DNA of 64,000 bases, from the NCBI GenBank assembly GCA_965202585.1, contig OZ241831.1:19530001-19594000 (forward strand), written 5' to 3'. The notes beneath the pieces are model-generated. The model saw nothing but the letters and a program-made list of their open reading frames with translations. It made no database searches and was not told where the DNA came from. Shown here piece after piece: positions 11,701 through 23,554 of this stretch. Every line of letters starts with the position of its first letter. The stretch's first letter is position 1. Source of the stretch: Thalia democratica. Lineage: Eukaryota. Both the position numbers and the translations under genes were made by a program.

Positions 11701-12150
11701 AGAAGCATGTTTAGTAATCAATTTCCAACAACAGATGCTGACCAAAACACTTGGAATGAACAATCAGTTGCAACGTTGACAAAGTTGTGTTATTTGGATC
11801 CAACCGGTGTTGATACGTGCGGATACCGAGGAGAGTACCATATTAGCATTGAACCTTTCAACAAAATTTACCACGAGCAAGCAGGAGATTCTGTTCTAAC
11901 GTTTGTGCGCCAATTTGGAAGAGTAGCCAAAGTCCAGCTTCAGCCATTCTTTTCCCATCACTCGTTTGTCGGCAGCATAAAAGTTCAAAAGAATCCAACG
12001 TTTGCGCAGCTAAGGGTGAACGTCAGATTTACGAGCGACCAAAGTGCAGACAGCCTGCTTAAATCAAACATGAAGTTCTGTTACAAAGGAAGAAATATGT
12101 TGATTTCGGCTACTGATGATTACAATTCTTATTTTAAGAAGAATGGATAA
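8782..12150 (+). CDS. 1122-aa putative nuclear RNA-binding protein: Arg/Ser/Tyr-rich disordered N-terminus, NLS, four divergent RRM-like repeats
   Basis: 3.37-kb uninterrupted ORF in stop-rich AT DNA. RSPSP/RHSP/RS motifs; KLKKRKIDEE at ~10519. Four ~85-100 aa repeats start at 10621, 11068, 11410 and 11824, each with F...FG-[KATR]-[IV] and an RNP1-like (AY/AF/VN)V-x-[FY] strand. AATAAA overlaps the stop. Confidence 0.85.
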   Translation: MNLSVDSSDHKVVTVMNDSTTISRTIKIESPKIDRNSYYSNKRYTVNTDGIPLKSNRKMSNLPSSYHLNKRGGRLSSTKNYISQGNNKSALQGESINHISSEKNDFTKELSPSTYNYDKCSAKIDNLYSCSKHVDLSPVSPYSNSKENSEKNWQGISRCMDSNAEYQYLKSCYTDVSTLRKYSSRKSSEKHRSFRNNSPLVYDNKRRLPERCGFDEHRMNPTYNRKYCSNSENTSTKFSRSKSFKKRSLEKFNYFYTRSEERNPIPQSSRRLHKPHSPRPKGSYKRHSPKIEYIRDTKYYKPNKTYVKDTVKSFNNDEQRQIRQDFFMYKKERSKYQHSNYFEKNKSMSPINLEKRHNSSKNFGIINLERTEHSIYRSPSPKYYKNASINFKYLPSSLTNYRKRLSNPCYYRKSPEFSSKRNVILKNQEDSCFKPKRFTAKLQDTERFNVTTLRLSGNENKTDDELMYNHCSLKNRDQKFAKNLLYHRNETDEFCAKYGEHSNCTDDVRVPISSQSTLQKNSNELIPNRKSEPYSVHTADFYRNETPKNNYNCNARSKTIERQPSIGMKRSANEFNTETKLKKRKIDEECSGTKLPLVNDEDVQTQSIDSSDQYPFGLYHLKISKLASERDYNTVKNFFLRFGKILAFKYMKGDCCYTAYVRFENDSVADQIVNKEIKKCLVIKGVEFYPESTKTYRAFKEKHVNKTGLSVAETCSQTSNKIKSEGLITSQCRKTNIDAAGDRTSFGGISFRQLAPMIQTGPYIGQFHLSIRNIFAGKPKLQVDVTDFLNNYGTPSHIDFRNLRRNDGLRRDVVDAYVKYSDDASASNLLDEVQAINIYNTWCNVRPTMEYTAYRNRDNTNKLKLADPGIPVNAPVFKGKWHLRTGKFLMNDESFKQALRQFYQQFGAISSFSVQQSKHKGYLLEKSKYDAFVLFNDSNVPKKILDLKIDFTYQWKQKHIIPSKEFKFYLNNIRSMFSNQFPTTDADQNTWNEQSVATLTKLCYLDPTGVDTCGYRGEYHISIEPFNKIYHEQAGDSVLTFVRQFGRVAKVQLQPFFSHHSFVGSIKVQKNPTFAQLRVNVRFTSDQSADSLLKSNMKFCYKGRNMLISATDDYNSYFKKNG

Positions 12151-13768
12151 ATAAATGTTAACTATTAAAAGCTTTGCACACCGAATGCTATAAAACTCTT
12201 AGAATTGCTTTATTTTCTAAATAAGATATACGTCTAAGACTTACTTTGAGCATGATTTATAATAATTGTTCAGCATTCTTTTTTTTTTTAATTTGACTGC
12301 ATTGTTTTTACTCTTTGTTTTCGTTAAATTAAGTTTTTTAAAGCTTTTTTTAGTTTTAATACTTCCGAAAGAACTAATAGAATTAATAACAAATTTTGTG
12401 AATATATTTCTACGTATTTTCAGAAGGAGGGATGCCAAAGCAAAGTTAAATAAAAAATACATTAGTAATTTGTAATTCCACGAAGATATTCGATACTTAA
12501 CTTATTCTATCAATACTAGTGTTGTATCAATGGAATCTTTCTAAATTAATTTTTAAGAGAAATTTCTGCTTATAAATATTAAATACTTAATGTAGAAAGC
12601 TGTTATCAATTAAGAAATTATATAACAGTGATATATGAATATAGTAAATTATAAAAACTCGCTTACTAATTAAATCATGCTGTTTTAAAACAATTAGTTT
12701 TTTTTCTGCATTTAAGTTTACACCAATATGGTTTACTATATTTTCTAACTCTTTATAATTCTACGTATAAGAATTTTTTTTAGTAATTAACAACAGTTCT
12801 TCCAAAACTTCATACCGATATTAGATAAGTTAATAGAAAATAGTTGAATTTATATACATACTTCTTAATGTTTCCGGTACGTATAGAGACATGTAAAGCA
12901 TCATTTAAATTGCTTTTCAAGTTTTTTGAACATCATAAATTCAGTAAAATAAATCATTTATAAACTAGGGTATAAGCTTTCTGAAGCACAGTTAACAAAA
13001 AAAAACAAATAGTATACTTCAGTTTTTACATTCTGTACAACATTTACCTACTTTGTTCATTTTATAAAAATTTTTGATTTCAGTATTAATGACTTTTAGG
13101 GTTTATTAGATTACTTTTTTTTTAGTACTGACAACAATATACATAGAATTTATAAACTTTTATTTGTTATAATTTGAGGGTTTAAAAGATTTGAAATTTC
13201 TTACAGTAGGAAATAACAAAAGTACATGCGAATGAAACAAATGTTTCAAAGTGCTTATCGATGTCATGGCAATTGAGTACTGTAGCGCAGTGGTCGTCAA
13301 AAAATGAATAGATTTTTTTTATATATCGAAAAATAAGTAAGGTGCTTAAAAGGTTTTTAGACAACACCCTTTTGTTTATTTCTATTAAAAAAAGATAATT
13401 TTAATATAAAATAATAGTTCTTAAACTGCTATTTATATACCAAGGCACTCGAAACATAAAAAATAATATTCTTTATTAATAGTTATATATTTTAATAGTT
13501 TAGTGTTCACAGAACTTTTTCGTCAGTAATTTAGTGTGCAAAGCTTTGAAAAGGTTTAAGACCACTGCTGAAGCGTATAAACTTTTGTTTTAAATGAAAC
13601 TTTACGCTTAATTAGTAAAAGCAATTCGGTTAAACAAGAATAGTGTTAGAATAAACCAATAAAAAGTGCATTTGCTTTACCAAAACCGAAATTTCCACGG
13701 AAAAAGGAAGCATTCAAAAAATAAAGTATGAACAAAAATGTGTGTATTTTTAAATGTAAACTATAAGT

Positions 13769-16700
13769 CAGGGGTCGGCAGGCAGTTGGTGGTCGCGGGC
13801 CAAATTTCAAGTTTCTAAAGTCTTCGCGGGCCACAGTTTTAGTTTTAGTGACATTTGATTATTTTTTTGGTTTTAGTTTTAGACACACTAGAGGAAAATT
13901 TTACTTCTATTCACCTTATTACTTTAAATTACTTTTAACCATACATAGAATGCCTACTTAAATTAATATTTTTATTAGAATAGAACTTACATTGACTAAT
14001 ATACTTAAGTGTTAATAAACTATGTACTTACATAAGCACTTAATAAGTTAAACTTAATACTTTTGTAATTTTACTTACAACCTAGCTCTCTATAAAAACC
14101 TAACTTAAAAGACAATTTATGGGTTACTTTTATACATTGTTATATTGTCAACCCTTTTTTAATACTTATAAGAAAATTTACTACAAAAAAAGTTTTTGCG
14201 TGTTAAATAATTTACACTCATTAAAAAATTTAGTAATTAGCTAACTTAATAAAATTAATACCTGTTTGTATTCCAGAAAGCTAAAACAAATTCTTTAACA
14301 TAATTAGTTTTCGAATACTTTAATAAAATATCTTATTAGTAATTAGTCTTTTACATGGCTGCCACTTAAAAAGCAAAAATGTCTGAGTTGTATCAAACCA
14401 GTCTAAGTTTATTAAAAATTGAAAAAGCTAATAAATAGTTGTTAATCAAGCTTTCATACCTAGTTAAAATATCATCATTATCAAAAAGTATACAAAGTGT
14501 AAGAAAACAGGAAAAAATTACAAATAGTAAATTACACTACAGTCATAAAAACTAAAGAAATCGTCCATTTTCTCAGAATAGTTTTTATGACTGTAGTGTA
14601 GTTTACTAATAACTTCGCTAATGGCTCAATAAACTTTTATACTTTTGTTAAATTTGTTTAAGAAACTTAATTGTCCATTCCAGCTGACTTATATTTTTTT
14701 GGCATGTAATTTATTTACTGTTAATAACTTTCGTTATTTCTTTATGTTGTGAACTTTATTTTAACTGGGTAGCTTCACAAAAATGCTATTTTAAAAGCTT
14801 GAAAACTCAGGTGTGTATAAAACTTTTATTCAAACACTTTAAAGAAATCGTCCATTTTCTCAGAATAAAGTGTTTGATTTAAAAGTTTTACACACACCTG
14901 AGTTTTCAAACTTTTTAAATAGCATTTTTGTGTAGCTACCCAGTTAAAATAAAGTTCACAACATAAAGAAATAACGAAAGTTATTAACAGTAAATAAACT
15001 ATATGCCAAAAAAAATATAAGTCAGCTGGAATGGACAATTAAGTTTCTTAAAAAATTAACAAAAGTATAAAACTTTATTGAGTCTTTAGCGTAGTAGAAA
15101 AAAATATTTTTTATTAAGCGTTATAGCAATTCTTTATCTGTAATAAGAATATTGCATTTAAAAATAGTAATTGTAAAACATAAGACGAGCTACAAGAATA
15201 AATAACGTTAGCTAGGAGTTATTGCAAGAAACGATAAAAAAACAAACCACCAAAGTCAGTTCCAACAAAGCACATGATTATCTTCAGTAACTACAGAATG
15301 ATCAAAAAAAATTGTTAAGGCAAGTTATAAAGTAGCATAATTTATTACTTAAAATGTGATACCGTTTATAATTGAAAACTGTTATAAAGAACTTATGTTG
15401 GCGATAATGAAAAACTTTTGTTTATTTCTTCAATGACAACAAGAAGTCGTGTTTAGAAAATGCATTAAGATTATAAAGTTGCATAAATAAAATTAGGACT
15501 TTAATCAATCTTTTAACATGAGAGCACTGAATGAAAAACATTGCTCATCTGAAAATTTTTATTAGAGATGTTTTTACTAGCTTTGAAATTTTAGTAGAAT
15601 TTCTTGGTTAAGTTCCAACGCGAAGCACAACAACCGGTGAAATTTTACAAGTAAAGGTGCAATGAACCAATAAAAAGTTTTTGCAAGTACAATTCCTTCT
15701 TTTATTTTTAGTATAAAGTTTAATTAAAGTTAAAAAAATGTCTTAAAAAATATATCAATATTGAAAAATACTGTTAAGCTAATTTAATATATTTTTAAAT
15801 AAAAAAAATACTTATTTGATAAATTTTTTGTTATAAATCGAAATTTAATTATGTACATGTAAAAATTGTTTGAAATCCAAGGTTTTTTCAAAAATTCTCA
15901 AATTCAAGTTTTTTTCCAGAGTTTTTAAGCATAAATTTTTTAATTCAAAGCTTTTCCGGGATTTATATTTTTTGGCAACACTGTTTGTTAACACTTAAAT
16001 GTACACAATAATATAAATTATATTTTTAATTATATCAGTTGCAACACTTAAAATTTAACATAAATTATAACTCAAACTAACACTGTGGATTGAGCAAAAC
16101 ATATATCATAAGTTTAATCTGCCGCACTTTCTAGCAAAAAAGCCTGCCTGAGTTAACAAAAACATTTCTGATATTTTTATATACAAAAAGTAATTCTAGC
16201 CAAAAACTTAAAAAATTACTTAGTTGGCCTGAGATTTGAAGTCTTCAAATAGTGATAGTCTGAGTGTGTGGCAATGTGTTGTTGTTTATTTGCTTGAATT
16301 TGAATTATTTTGATTAACAATGTACAAACTTAATGAATTTACCATTCCAAAATGTAGTTTATATTAAATAGGTAGCTCCTAAAAACAGCAGTTGTCTGTA
16401 TTGATATGCAAGGCATAAAAATTAACTTCGTTTGACAAAAACAATGTTTGAAAATTGAAAATGTATACCTAACAAAAACTATATTAATTTATCTCATTTA
16501 TAATATTTTATATGTGTCTGTACAAATTTAGATATCACATATAGAAACAACAATGTTAGAAAATTATGAATAAACTAAACTTAAATTAACTAAAGTATTA
16601 AATAAAAAGTGGTTTAAAATATGAGCATCTTTTAAAGTTGGTGTGCATAGAAATTAATTTAAATGCAAAGAAAACTTCTAGAAAATTTACAAAAATGAAA

Positions 16701-17313
16701 ATAAACCTAATTTTTTATTACGATGTTATTTTAAATGTTTTTACAATGTTTATTTAAAATATAACATTTACAAATAAAAAATCTATAAAAGAAACTTAGG
16801 TATAAAAAATATTGATAAAGAATATATAAGCTATAAAGAAATGACTCTTTAGTTAATTACTATGCATTACTTTTGTAGAAAATGGAAAACATTTGCATTT
16901 AGCTTATTTAATAAATAGGTATTATATAACTAACATATTAAATCCAAGCACTCTTTTTTTAGATAATTACTTGCTGTTGTAAAAAAGAAGCTATTATAAA
17001 TGTGAGAAAAATATCCTGTTAGAATGCTAATCTGTCTTTTTCACATTTTTAAACTATAGCAGTAATTTCTTCTAACTATTTTAAAATGTTATACAGAGAT
17101 TTAAAATCAAAACTAATCAAATTAAATCGAACTACCGAAAAAAATTTAATTTGAAGTATATTTTTGCTCAGCGGGCCACATTTACATGCTCGCGGGCCAC
17201 AAAATTTTCTTTCGCGGGCCGCATTCCATTCAAAAAAATAACATGCTCGCGGGCCGCAGTTTTACCCTTCGCGGGCCGCAATTGGCCCGCGGGCCGCAGT
17301 TTGCCGACCCCTG
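13769..17313. mobile_element. 3.5-kb non-autonomous hAT (Buster/SPIN-like) element
   Basis: TIRs CAGGGGTCGGCA / TGCCGACCCCTG; exact TSD CTATAAGT (13761-13768, 17314-17321); GCGGGCC subterminal arrays; no transposase ORF. Confidence 0.9.
14612..15094. repeat. Long inverted repeat (~230-bp arms, 24-nt spacer)
   Basis: 14612-14841 is the reverse complement of 14866-15094 with scattered mismatches; spacer AAGAAATCGTCCATTTTCTCAGAA. Confidence 0.9.
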
Positions 17314-18509
17314 CTATAAGTATATATTTTATCTAGTGTTATTCGATCCATAATTTTGGGATTTTAATATGTTTTTCAAATTAAGATCCGCATACTATTT
17401 CAAAATAAGATCCGGATAAATTTTTTAAATCGAGGTTCAGCCGGATACTGGATCTAAAACTTTAAAAACGCAGTTAAGTAAAAAGTTTATTTCAAACGAA
17501 TAGTTTTGATAAAAATCAATATTTTAAAAGTTTTTATATAATTGTTAATACTACGCATTTAAAAAAGTGTTTTAATTTTCAAAAATAAATTTTTATTGGT
17601 TCTTTACTGCAGTATACTTTTTATTAAACTCTGAGTGTAAACTAGTTAAAACTGAAAAGGAAAGTAAACTTAAACGTTAGTCTGAACTGAAAAACGCTGA
17701 TTCATCAAGCTTTTTTTAACTTTTATTTATAACTTTCACCCTAGCCCACCTTACCCAAACATATTTAAAAAAATTCTTAAATTGTTTTAATAATTAAAGT
17801 TGTAAAAAAGAACATGAAAAAAGCTTACTGAATCAGATTTTTTCACCTCAAACTAACCATTAAGTTTACGAGCCAAAAAAAATAAATAATTGACTTTTTT
17901 ATAAAACTTATTTTTTGTTTACTATAATATTTTAAATTGGCTTTTACAAGCTTGATGTTTTTTCAACTAATGGTAATATACGATAAACTATTTTCAAGCA
18001 ATTCACAGAACTTTTGTTTAGTAATTATCAAAGTTAGTTGCTTACATTAAGAATCTTAACTTGTTTTTAAACAGGTTCGGATATTTTTTTCAAACTAAGA
18101 TCCGTTCGGATCTAAAAAGGCAATATCCTCCCGGATAATGGATCAAGTAGATCACGAGCTGCTTGTAGTTTGTTAGTTAATGTTTGTAAATTGGTACTTT
18201 GTGTAAATACTTTTTGTTTTTTTAATAGTTTATTTAGAAAACTAAGTTTTGCTTAACTTAAAAGCTTTAGAAAAAGTATGTTTAAAAGCTATGGAAATTG
18301 ATTTATGAATTAAAATATTCAAAATATGTATATATATACGTATAAAACAAATAAAAATTAACAAAGTGAAGGCTAACAACTTTTCTAGTAATAATTTTGA
18401 AAAAAGTTTATTTCAAAAACAAAAGCCAAAAAAATATTTAATATTTTTTCGTTAAACATGCATATCTACGGTTTTATTTGACTTAGTGGCTTAATCTATT
18501 TGAATAAGA

Positions 18510-18575
18510 TTTTATTCAACTGATGATCTCGTTTGACTAGTTTCAAGCGAGTGAAACAATGTATTGTTAATAAAA
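18510..18575 (+). ncRNA. Type I hammerhead ribozyme (PLE/retrozyme-type), no adjacent ORF
   Basis: TTTTATT CAA CTGATGA T CTCGTTTGA-loop-TCAAGCGAG T GAAAC AAT GTA TTG TT AATAAAA. Full catalytic core, 9-bp stem II, GUA cleavage triplet, bulged stem I. Confidence 0.8.
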
Positions 18576-19985
18576 TTCATAATTGATCATTCTCCTTAAA
18601 TTTAAGTTGAGAACTTTGATTGTCATCTTTAAAGTAAAAAGTTCACGTTTAAACATTCTAATACACTTAGTCTGTTCTATAAGTATTAATTATGCAACGG
18701 AAAACTTAAAAAGTAACCTAAAAATCAAACGTCTTTGCAAACTTAATTCTTAATTAAATTAAGGGAAATTTCTAAATAACTAAAAATTGTAAAATAAAAA
18801 CCTAGTTTTCTTTAAATTGTAGCAAGCAGTATGAGCAAATACTGTTTATTTTATAACCAAACAGTGTTTAGCCAATAGTATTTCACTGCTAAAGAAGTAT
18901 AATGTAAAAAGTTATGATCATACGATCTTTTTGTATTATAACATAGCTTTTAAAGTTATGAACTTAAATTAATTTATTAATGAAAATTTTGATTTTCAAA
19001 GGTAAAGAAATGATAATTTGTTGAGCTTGGTTAAAAGACATTAAAAAAAAATTATTGTAATAAAAAATTGTCAGTTTAGTTAAATAAAGAAATAGTACTG
19101 TTAAATTTCTTATTATTATTTAAATTGTTACTTTGATTAAATTTTTGTTTTTTTTACAGGTTAAGAAATCTGTGATAACTAGTACAAAAATAAGGTAACG
19201 TTCAAAGTAATGTACTTGTTATTTATATAAATGGAATCTAAATCGTCATGTAACCGTATTTAAAAACCATAGTTAAAATTGAACAAAAAAATAACTTAAT
19301 AGAGGCTATAAAATAAATTAATTTTAAATGGTAGCAGTTGTTCAACAGAAGCTCTAATTATCACAGAAAATTTTTTGTTTTATACTACTTTTCTTCTTTA
19401 TCAGGGCTTAAAAAGATCTTTTTTAAGATTTTTTTTTAATGATGTCTAATTAATGCTACTATTAACGTCATTTTAACGTTGATTGAAAAATTCACTATGG
19501 TAATAACAACGTTAAGTTTTACTATTATAATAGCATTGTCTATTTAACGACAAAAAAATCGCTCAAAAAATTTAATCCTAGGACCTGTTGCACAAAGAAC
19601 TTTTCGGTTATTGAGTCGCACACATCTTGTCAAGGGCGCTATTCCAGGACACCACATAAGAATTTATTTACTTTATATTTTTTAATGAACAGTAATTAAA
19701 TCATTAAAAATAAGAAACTTATTATATAAATTTAATCAACAAATAACTTTTTCTTTTTGTTTATTAAACTTATTGAGTATACTCAGTTTACTATATTTAA
19801 TTGATTTAAATGTCGTACTGTTAATATATAAAGCAAATGAATTTTTGATAAAGTAAAACTTAGGTTAATTGTAACATAATAATGTTCTGGTATATTTGAG
19901 CCCTGGGTTAAAATAAATAAAAAGTATCAAAGAAAAAACTTTCTGTGAAAAGTTTTAAAAATTTTCTATATGAGCATAGTCCAGT

Positions 19986-20197
19986 CAAGAGGTCGGCAGG
20001 TCGAAAAGGAACGTTTTTTTATGTGCTTTAAAAAACATATTTAAAGACAATTTTTTTGAACAAAAAAAATTTAGGCGATAGAATATCCTTTAAATATAAC
20101 ACTAAAATTTTGTTTTTGTGTTTTCGAAAATATTGTTATATTAAACCAGTTGAATAAAATCTTTAACGTGGCCCGCGGGCCGCAGTTTGCCGACCCT
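19986..20197. mobile_element. Short degenerate hAT (SPIN-like) MITE
   Basis: CAAGAGGTCGGCAGG left end and GGCCCGCGGGCCGCAGTTTGCCGACCCT right end; no TSD found. Confidence 0.55.
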
Positions 20198-22852
20198 AGT
20201 GGTCGGTAGGCAGTTGGTACTCGGACGTAAAATTTCAAGTTTTAAAATCTTCGCGGGAAACAGTTTTAGTGACATTTAAATGGTCTATACTTTTATTTTT
20301 ATTTAGTTTACTATTTTAAATGCCTTTTAGCTACACGTAGAATGCCTATTTAAATTATATATATTTAATGGAATAAAACTTACATTTACTAATATATTTA
20401 AGTCTTGGTAAACTATGTACTAGCTTAAAAACTGAAAAGTTTGACTTAATATTTTTTGTAAATTACTTACAACCAACTCTTTATAAAAACCGAGCTTGAA
20501 AAATATCTATAAGTCACTTTTAAACATTTTATATAATCATAACCACTTTTTCATATTTTAAAAAGTGTCATCTGTTGAAAGTAATTTTTGCGTTTCGAAT
20601 AATTTGCACTATTTAAAAACTTTTGTAACTAGTGTACTAAACAAAGTTAGTACCTGTTAGTATTGTAAAAAAAACTAAAACAAATTTTCTAAAAACATAA
20701 TTAGTGCTTCAATACTTTTATAAAATACTTTATTATTAATAAACAAGTTTTTTACATGGTTGCCCCTTAAAAGCCAAAATTACTGAGTAAAAACAAACCA
20801 GCCTAAGTTTATTAAAAGTTAAAAAACCAAAAACTTGCTCAAAAAAATCAAAAGCTTAAATACCGAACTAAAGTATCATCATTATAAAATAGCCTATAAT
20901 ATGTAAAAAGACTTGTAAAAAATTACAATTAATAAACTACACAACAGTCATAAAACCTATTCTGTGAATTCAAAGATTTATTCAAAAATTTTAAGTATAA
21001 ATTTCATAAATGCCTGAGTTTTTTTAAATATCCTAAACAGGTTTAACCTAGTATGAGTTTTGCAAGTTTTCAAACTAACTTGTTTGTTTGGCAACCCTGT
21101 TTTAAATAAAATTCACAAAATAAATAACCAAGTTTATTAACATTGATAATAAATACATACAGTAAAAAATTATTATAAGTCAGCTTGAATAAACGGTTAA
21201 GTTTCTTAAGTATAACAAAAGTATAACAATTTATTAAGCCATTAATGAAGTAGAAAGACTTATATTTTATAGAGTATTATAACAATTATCTATTGTTTTA
21301 TCTGCAATAAAAATATTGCTTTTAAAAAATAGTATATGTGAAATATAAGACAAACTATAAGAATTACAAAAACTATAAGAGTTGTAAAACGTTAATTAGG
21401 AGTTATTACAAGTAACGAAAAAACCAAATCAAATAATTTAGTTACAACGAATCACATGATTATCTTCAGTAACTACAAACTAATCAGAAAAATTTGTCAA
21501 GGCAAGTAATAAAGTAGCAAAAGTAAATTACCAAAAAAGATATACTGTTTAGAATTGTTTTTTTTTTAATTTGTGTTGGCGGTCGTAAAACTTTTTCGTT
21601 TATTTCTTGAATTACAAAAAAAAAGTCATGTTTAGGAAATGTCTAAAAATAATAAGGCCACATAAATCAAGTTAGGACTTTAATCGATCTGTTAAGATTA
21701 AAGCACTGATACAACAAATACTGCTCATCTAAGATTACTTATTATACAGGGTTGCCACTCGTTTTTTTTAATTTTTTTCCAAGTTTTCCAAATTTCTTCC
21801 AGGTTTTTAAAAGTACACATTTTTAGGTCTATTTTTAGTTTTAATTTAATTTCTTTTTATGAAACTGTGTTAAATAGTATAAAAATATTAAAAAGATGCT
21901 TTAAAGTTACTTTAAATGTGTTTTTTAATAATAAAAAAATTTGATGATGACTTAATTATATGATAGATTTTTTGTGTCAAATCAAAATTTTACTACTGAA
22001 AATGTTAAAATTATTAAAAATTCCAGATTTTTCGATCAAAACTCCAGGTTTTTTTCAAAATTTCTCAATTTCCAGGTTTTTCCAGGTTATTTTAGCCTAA
22101 ATTGTCAAATTCCATGTTTTTCCAGATTTACAGGTAAAGTGGCAACCCTTTTATTAGAGGTATTTTTGGTGATTTAAGTAACATTTGAAAAAGTCGTTTA
22201 AAAATGAGCATCTCTATACATTGGTGTGCATAGAAATTAACTTAAAGTCCACGAAAACTTCTAAAACAATCGAAATGTGTCAAAATCAAAATAACCTTTT
22301 TTTTTATTATTATGTTATTTCAAATACTTTTGTGTACACTCGAATATAACATGTAGTGATAAAATATCTATAAGACAAATTTAGGTAAAAATTACATGTT
22401 AAACAAATACCTAAACTGTAATGAAATGACTTTAAATGACTGTGCATTACATTTGTACACAATGGAAAACATTTACATTTAGTTTGTTTACTAAATAGGT
22501 AATATATAAATAACTTATGAGTCTAAGTAATTTTAACACTATTTTTTCAGATCATAAGTTGCTATTGTAAGAACAAAGTTATTATGAAACTGAGAAAAAA
22601 CACTGCACGAATGCTAATCTGTCCTTTTCACATTTTTAAGCAAAACCTGTAAAGCGTTTTAATTGTTTTAAAATGTTATGCAGGGACTTAAAACGAAATT
22701 AATCAAATTATGTTAAACTTCCGAAAAAAATTTAACTTAGAATATATTTTTGCCAGAGGGCCACAGTTTCTTGGGCCGCAGAATTTACTTTTGCGGGCCG
22801 CATTCCATTCAAAAATAAAAAGAGCTCGCGGGCCGCAGTTTTCTGACCCCTG
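20198..22852. mobile_element. Diverged sister copy of the 13769-17313 hAT element
   Basis: Collinear similarity along its length; degenerate left TIR; right end GCGGGCCGCAGTTTTCTGACCCCTG. Lacks the internal palindrome. Confidence 0.8.
21747..22150. mobile_element. CAGGGTTGCCA-family MITE nested in the hAT element
   Basis: TIRs CAGGGTTGCCAC / GTGGCAACCCT; TTCCAGG subterminal repeats; absent from the sister element; TSD imperfect (TTATTA-like). Confidence 0.8.
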
Positions 22853-23131
22853 GTATAGACTTTACTGTTTTTGGTTGTGTTTCATATTTAGCCTAAGTAA
22901 TACTAAGTTAAAATTAAATTTTACAAGCTCAAGTTAGTTAGTAGTTTAACTTACTTAATTTTAATAAACAACTTTAAGTTTTAAGTGTTTAAGTTTTAAC
23001 TTGTATTGAATTTAAGGTCATCTATCATATCAGTGATTAATTTAAAATTATATGTCACTAAGTTTTTGTCATCATCCAAAACTTTTTTATTAAAAACACA
23101 TTTAAAGTAACTTCAAAGTATCTTTTCAATG

Positions 23132-23554
23132 GGTAACTACCTAGGAAGATGTCGCACTAATATCAAGCTGAAAATATATATATTCGATATCTTTTTTATC
23201 CATAAATTAGGCTATAAATTTATATTTTAAAATGAATAAGTAAAATTAAACTTGTTTATCATATACTAACAAAACTTAAATATTTAATTGCTTTATTTTA
23301 CAACATAAAGCGATTATATCAGTAAATTAATTTATTTCGATTACAATATTGTAAACTAAAATCGATAAAATATTTTAGTTTACAATAACTAAATTTAATT
23401 CTTATTATGTATTTATAAAGCTTGTTTAAAACAAAGTATCTTTTTAGATTAAACATATAAGGCTTAAATCATTGATTTTTAGCCTAAAGTTATTGTTAAA
23501 AAAGACATCGAATATAATATAACTCAACTTGATATTGGTGCGACATCCTAGGAC
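23132..23554. mobile_element. Merlin-like MITE, subfamily A (right tip truncated)
   Basis: GGTAACTACCTAGGAAGATGTCGCACTAATATCAAGCTG ... CTTGATATTGGTGCGACATCCTAGG; homologous to 4017-5241. Confidence 0.6.

Noticed and set aside
12241-13367. Short ORFs at 12241, 12266 and 13182
   Set aside because: Low-complexity F/L/K-rich translations typical of AT-rich noncoding DNA; only a vague transposase-like impression for 13182.
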